From positions 1-34,101 of the forward strand of contig DAOMZR010000003.1 in NCBI GenBank assembly GCA_035400585.1: 34,101 nt of DNA, read 5' to 3'. Shown piece after piece: positions 30,390 to 34,101 of the stretch. Position 1 is the first letter of the stretch. Every line of letters starts with the position of its first letter. The notes below the pieces were generated by a model. That model had not been told where the DNA came from. It saw nothing but the letters and a program-made list of their open reading frames with translations, and did not search any database. A program made the position numbers and the translations under genes. Source of the stretch: a bacterium (GTDB taxonomy: Bacteria; Patescibacteriota; Patescibacteriia; Patescibacteriales; UBA12465).

Positions 30390-32705
30390 ATGACCTATAA
30401 TATAATTACAATTGGCTGCCAAATGAACAGGGCTGATAGTGAGCGTTTGGCAAGTTATTTAGAAAAACTTGGATTTAAACATAATCCTGATTTTTTATTA
30501 GCTAAATTGGTTATTTTTGTTACTTGCGGAGTAAAGCAATCAGCCGAAGATAGAATTCATGGCTTAATAAATCAAATTTTTAAAAATAACAAAAAAACAG
30601 TCATAGTTGTTACTGGTTGTTTAAGCGAACGTGAAGACTTGCAAAAAAGCTTGGGAAAGAGAGTTAAAATTTGGTTTAATATTTCTGATTTATTAAATCT
30701 TGATAAAAGACTTATTAATTTTTTTCCTAAAGTTAAATTAATAAAAAACAAGGAAAAAAGTTATTTGGATTTAAAAGCTGATTATTCTTCTAGTTTTTCT
30801 GCGTTTGTCCCAATTGGCAATGGTTGTAATAATTTTTGTTCTTATTGTGTTGTTCCCTATGCTCGAGGCAGGGAGGTTTATCGCCCAGCTTATGATATTT
30901 TAAAGGAAGTTAAAGGTTTAATTAAAAAAGGATTTAAAGAAATAAATTTGATAGCCCAAAATGTTAATAGTTATTATTCTGAAAACGACGATCGAATAAG
31001 TAAAGAGTTTGGCTTTAAAATAAAATCAAAAAAAATAGATTTTGCCGATCTTTTATCAATAATTGATGGACTGAAAGGTGATTTTTGGTTAAGATTTTCC
31101 TCTAGCCACCCCAAAGATGTTAGTGATAAATTAATTAGAGTTTTAAAAAAGGCGGAGCATGTTTGTGAACATTTTCATTTAGCAGTCCAATCTGGAGATA
31201 ATGATATTTTAGAGGCAATGAACAGAAAATATACCATTGAGAGTTATAAAGAAAGTGTTAAAAAAATTAGAGAAGCACTGGATTTCAAAAATGGCTTTTC
31301 AGCTTCAATAACTAGCGATGTTATTGTCGGCTTTCCGGGGGAAAAATTTAAAAACTTTAATAATACTAAAAAGCTTTTTAAAGAAATAAGCTTTGATTTG
31401 GTTTATATTTCTAAATATAGTCCTCGCTATAAAACAGTTTCATCTTATCTAAAAGATGATGTCGATTTGGAAGAAAAAAAGAGAAGGGAAAGGGAGTTAA
31501 ATATTGTTTTAAGAAAAACTGCTTTAGAAAATAATAAACAATATTTAAATAAAGAAGTTGATGTTTTAATAGAAGGCTTTGATCGCAAGGGTTTTTTAAC
31601 CGGCAGAACTAGAACGGCTAAAATAGTTAGAACAAAGCAGAAAGCTGATTGCCCCAATGATTTTATTGGTAAATTTGTTAAAGTTCAAATTGAGAAAGTT
31701 TTTGAATTTGAAATTCAGGGAAAAATTATTGATAAGAACTTTTCTTGTTCATTAAGAGATAAAGACAAAAAAGAAACAAAAATTAAAGTTAAAAAGGATA
31801 AGGTTATTGCAATACTTGGTCCAACGGCCAGTGGCAAAACTTCTTTAGCCGTAAAACTAGCTGATAAATTTAATGGAGAAATAGTTAGCGCTGATAGTCG
31901 TCAAGTTTATAAAGGAATGGATATTGGAACTGGTAAGGATTTAAACGAATATTTTGTTGATGGTAAAAAAATTAATTATCATTTAATCGATGTTGCCGAT
32001 CCACAAAAAGTATTTACTCTAGCTGATTACCAGGTTCAAGCTTTCAAAGCTTTTGATGATATTTTAGGTAGAAAGAAGCTACCGTTTTTGGTTGGCGGAA
32101 GCGGTTTATATTTAGAGGCGGTAGTTGATAATTATCTTTTATCAGATTCCAAGCCATCTCTCGAAAAAAGAGAAGAGTATGAGTCTTTAGAGCTATCCGA
32201 CTTGCAAAACAGAATTAAAAAAATAAATAAAACTTTTTTTGCTGGCATTAACAATAGTGATTTAAATAACAAAAGAAGATTGGCTCGTTATTTAGAAGTA
32301 TTACTTGATGAAAAATCTTTTAATCCTAAAAAAGGGAAGAGAAAATATGATTTTTTAATTTTAGGACTTAATCCTGAAAGGGAAGTAATAAAAGAAAAAA
32401 TATATAAAAGATTATTAGATAGAATAAACAACGAAGATATGATTGGTGAGGTTAAAAGACTTCATGAATCTGGTGTTAGTTTTGAAAGATTGGAAAGTTT
32501 TGGTTTGGAATATCGTTTTGTATCTTTGTTCCTGCAAAATAAAATAAGCGAACAACAATTGATTGATCGCTTATTTACGGCTATTTGCCAGTTTTCTAAG
32601 AGACAAATGTCTTGGTTTAGAAGATGGGAAAAAATGGGAGCTAAGATTGTTTGGTTGGAAGATAAAGATGAAGCTGAAAAAATAATAAAACAGTTTATTA
32701 CTTAG
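30390..32705 (+). CDS. miaB/miaA: Fusion of MiaB-type tRNA methylthiotransferase (N-terminal ~450 aa) and MiaA tRNA dimethylallyltransferase (C-terminal ~300 aa)
   Basis: MiaB part: UPF0004 domain (ITIGCQMNRADSE, VTCGV, VTGCL), radical SAM CNNFCSYC, and a TRAM-like end (VDVLIEGFDRKG...KVQIEKV). A K-rich linker spans ~31731-31803. MiaA part: P-loop ILGPTASGKTSLAV, SADSRQVYKGMDIGTGK, LVGGSGLY and KRQMSWFRR. Confidence 0.85.
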   Translation: MTYNIITIGCQMNRADSERLASYLEKLGFKHNPDFLLAKLVIFVTCGVKQSAEDRIHGLINQIFKNNKKTVIVVTGCLSEREDLQKSLGKRVKIWFNISDLLNLDKRLINFFPKVKLIKNKEKSYLDLKADYSSSFSAFVPIGNGCNNFCSYCVVPYARGREVYRPAYDILKEVKGLIKKGFKEINLIAQNVNSYYSENDDRISKEFGFKIKSKKIDFADLLSIIDGLKGDFWLRFSSSHPKDVSDKLIRVLKKAEHVCEHFHLAVQSGDNDILEAMNRKYTIESYKESVKKIREALDFKNGFSASITSDVIVGFPGEKFKNFNNTKKLFKEISFDLVYISKYSPRYKTVSSYLKDDVDLEEKKRRERELNIVLRKTALENNKQYLNKEVDVLIEGFDRKGFLTGRTRTAKIVRTKQKADCPNDFIGKFVKVQIEKVFEFEIQGKIIDKNFSCSLRDKDKKETKIKVKKDKVIAILGPTASGKTSLAVKLADKFNGEIVSADSRQVYKGMDIGTGKDLNEYFVDGKKINYHLIDVADPQKVFTLADYQVQAFKAFDDILGRKKLPFLVGGSGLYLEAVVDNYLLSDSKPSLEKREEYESLELSDLQNRIKKINKTFFAGINNSDLNNKRRLARYLEVLLDEKSFNPKKGKRKYDFLILGLNPEREVIKEKIYKRLLDRINNEDMIGEVKRLHESGVSFERLESFGLEYRFVSLFLQNKISEQQLIDRLFTAICQFSKRQMSWFRRWEKMGAKIVWLEDKDEAEKIIKQFIT

Positions 32706-33745
32706 TCTTTTAAACATCTTATACTTAAACCACACTGAACAAAAGCTCTGCTTCTATATGATCCGGAACTTGTTGAATAAAGCTGTCTTTGCCATGATGC
32801 TCCCGAGCTAGTTATTGATGACCAAACAGCAAACGTAGAACCGAGAGACCCGAAAGAACCGTCAGTATACATCAAACCAGATGGTAGCGCGGAAAAGCCA
32901 TAATCATCAGTTCCATTGTTAGATGTCCAACCAGTTATTGTTTTTAATTTAGATCCTTCATTTGTTCCTCTTGTGCCAACGGTTGTAGTATCATAAGGAA
33001 AATCTGTTAAACAGGTGCCAGAAGAACAAACGGCTCTTTCCAGTGTTGTTAGTTCATCGTGAGTTGGTATGTGCCAACCACTAGGGCAAATGTTATTTTG
33101 AGTTATGCTCCATTGATATAGTTTACCATAGGTCAAACAATTTGCTGATGTATTATCATAACAACCACACCAACCGTTGTCTGTTCCGCTTACAAAGGGA
33201 ATAGAAGCACAGCCATTGTCATAATTTAAATTTTCAGCCATCCAGCATTGTTCACCTATTTTTGTTGTCTCGTAAGTTTTTCCGTCTCTCACGTCGACTA
33301 TTTTATCTGTACCACAAACAAAACCACAGCTTATTATCCCAGTTGGTCCAAAACAATTTTGACCAGCATCGTAATCATTATTTTTTCTTTCTAAACAATT
33401 TCTTAATTCGTAGCCACTGTTTGTTTTTGCATAATAATATTCAGTTTCGCTACAATCACTTGATCTTGGTTGAGGATTTTGTGGAATTTTAGCCATGTAT
33501 ATTTTATCGGTAGTTGATCCAACTAAACTCTCACCGAAATTTAATGAATCAGGGTAGGTGCCCTCATCCAAATAATATTCTTCTAAGGCTAGTTGAATTT
33601 GTTCGATATCACTTAGTCTTTTGGTATCGCGAGCACTTCTTCTTAATTCTCCCAAAGAAAAAGAAACTATTGAAAATATTAAGCCAATAACAATAATTGC
33701 TAAAACAATTTCGGCTAAAGTAAAAGCTGGTTTTTTTGCTTTCAT
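32702..33745 (-). CDS. Pilin-leader protein with C-terminal FISUMP (Fibrobacter succinogenes major paralogous) domain
   Basis: N-terminus MKAKKPA|FTLAEIVLAIIVIGLIF is prepilin-type with Glu at +5. The C-terminal ~200 aa carry the FISUMP hallmarks: KIGEQCWMAENLNY, GKLYQW, CPSGWHIPTHDELTTL, GFSALPSG and the final Cys-rich end. Confidence 0.75.
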   Translation of the reverse strand: MKAKKPAFTLAEIVLAIIVIGLIFSIVSFSLGELRRSARDTKRLSDIEQIQLALEEYYLDEGTYPDSLNFGESLVGSTTDKIYMAKIPQNPQPRSSDCSETEYYYAKTNSGYELRNCLERKNNDYDAGQNCFGPTGIISCGFVCGTDKIVDVRDGKTYETTKIGEQCWMAENLNYDNGCASIPFVSGTDNGWCGCYDNTSANCLTYGKLYQWSITQNNICPSGWHIPTHDELTTLERAVCSSGTCLTDFPYDTTTVGTRGTNEGSKLKTITGWTSNNGTDDYGFSALPSGLMYTDGSFGSLGSTFAVWSSITSSGASWQRQLYSTSSGSYRSRAFVQCGLSIRCLKD

Positions 33746-33747
33746 AT

Positions 33748-34101
33748 TTATTTAATTGATTTTATTATTTCAATTATTTTTTTAGGATTATATTTTCCTT
33801 TGGTCTCGGCCATTACTTGTCCAATAAAATACTGCAACAACGATTCTTTGCCATTTTTAAAATCTTCAAATTGCTCTGGGTTTTTAGATATAATTTCTTT
33901 AATTATATTTTCTAAATCTTCTGACGATTCTTCGTTATTTTGTTCTAGTCCTAGATCTTTCATAATGTTGCTAGGATCTCCGCCTTTTTCAAAAATAATT
34001 TTTAATATTTTTTGTCCAGAGGTAGAATTTATTTTTTCTTGATAAATTAAAGAGATTAATTCAGCAAAATTTTCGGCTGTTATTTTTAAATCTTTTATTT
34101 T
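33748..34101 (-). CDS. gatB: Asp/Glu-tRNA amidotransferase subunit B, C-terminal part (partial, continues beyond the window)
   Basis: The minus-strand frame is open to the window edge and reads KIKDLKITAENFAELISLIYQEKINSTSGQKILKIIFEKGGDPSNIMKDLGLEQ...LQYFIGQVMAETKGKYNPKKIIEIIKSIK. This is the GatB/YqeY C-terminal domain pattern (GQVMK.TKGKANP). Confidence 0.8.
   Translation of the reverse strand, partial: KIKDLKITAENFAELISLIYQEKINSTSGQKILKIIFEKGGDPSNIMKDLGLEQNNEESSEDLENIIKEIISKNPEQFEDFKNGKESLLQYFIGQVMAETKGKYNPKKIIEIIKSIK

Noticed and set aside
3260-34042. Remaining short nested or antisense track ORFs: 3260-3463, 4806-5012, 5442-5633, 10007-10240, 10691-10918, 13727-13930, 18955-19194, 22237-22488, 22482-22706, 22553-22744, 23555-23749, 28493-28678, 31445-31657, 33262-33492 and 33800-34042
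   Set aside because: Each lies entirely inside, or antisense to, a longer ORF with recognisable motifs or much greater length. Each has hydrophobic or low-complexity composition typical of off-frame AT-rich DNA and lacks flanking signals.

Overview
AT-rich (~30% GC), compact, mostly plus-strand bacterial segment that looks like a Candidate Phyla Radiation/Patescibacteria-type genome. It has weak or absent Shine-Dalgarno sites, many near-consensus sigma70 promoters and clean intrinsic terminators. The genetic code is standard, since TGA terminates genes at 5123-5125 and 6514-6516.

Contents in order:
- a GC-rich structured-RNA 3' end plus terminator
- a 1246-aa orphan protein
- several small orphan genes
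- a translationally coupled short-PPase/CYTH pair
- a radical SAM/SPASM enzyme followed by a ~630-bp tandem duplication; each copy carries an uncalled small Cys-containing ORF (49 and 46 aa), conserved hairpins and a consensus promoter
- a 519-552 aa helical orphan protein
- a DEAD-box helicase with a hexapeptide-repeat basic tail
- a half-size EamA transporter
- a divergent GIY-YIG / LexA-like pair separated by four 9-bp palindromes
- a type IV pilus operon: two small helical ORFs, a CheY-like receiver, PilB, PilC, four pilin-like genes (one of 510 aa with an FN3 domain) and a separately promoted major pilin
- PBP2
- a 1260-aa K/E-rich membrane-anchored orphan protein
- a GT-C-type membrane glycosyltransferase
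- a MiaB-MiaA fusion
- on the minus strand, a pilin-leader/FISUMP-domain protein directly downstream of a partial gatB

The strongest candidate for an undescribed system is the radical SAM/SPASM maturase with its two tandem precursor-like peptides and their duplicated regulatory architecture (7282-9770). All functional calls rest on motif recognition by eye; no database search was run.
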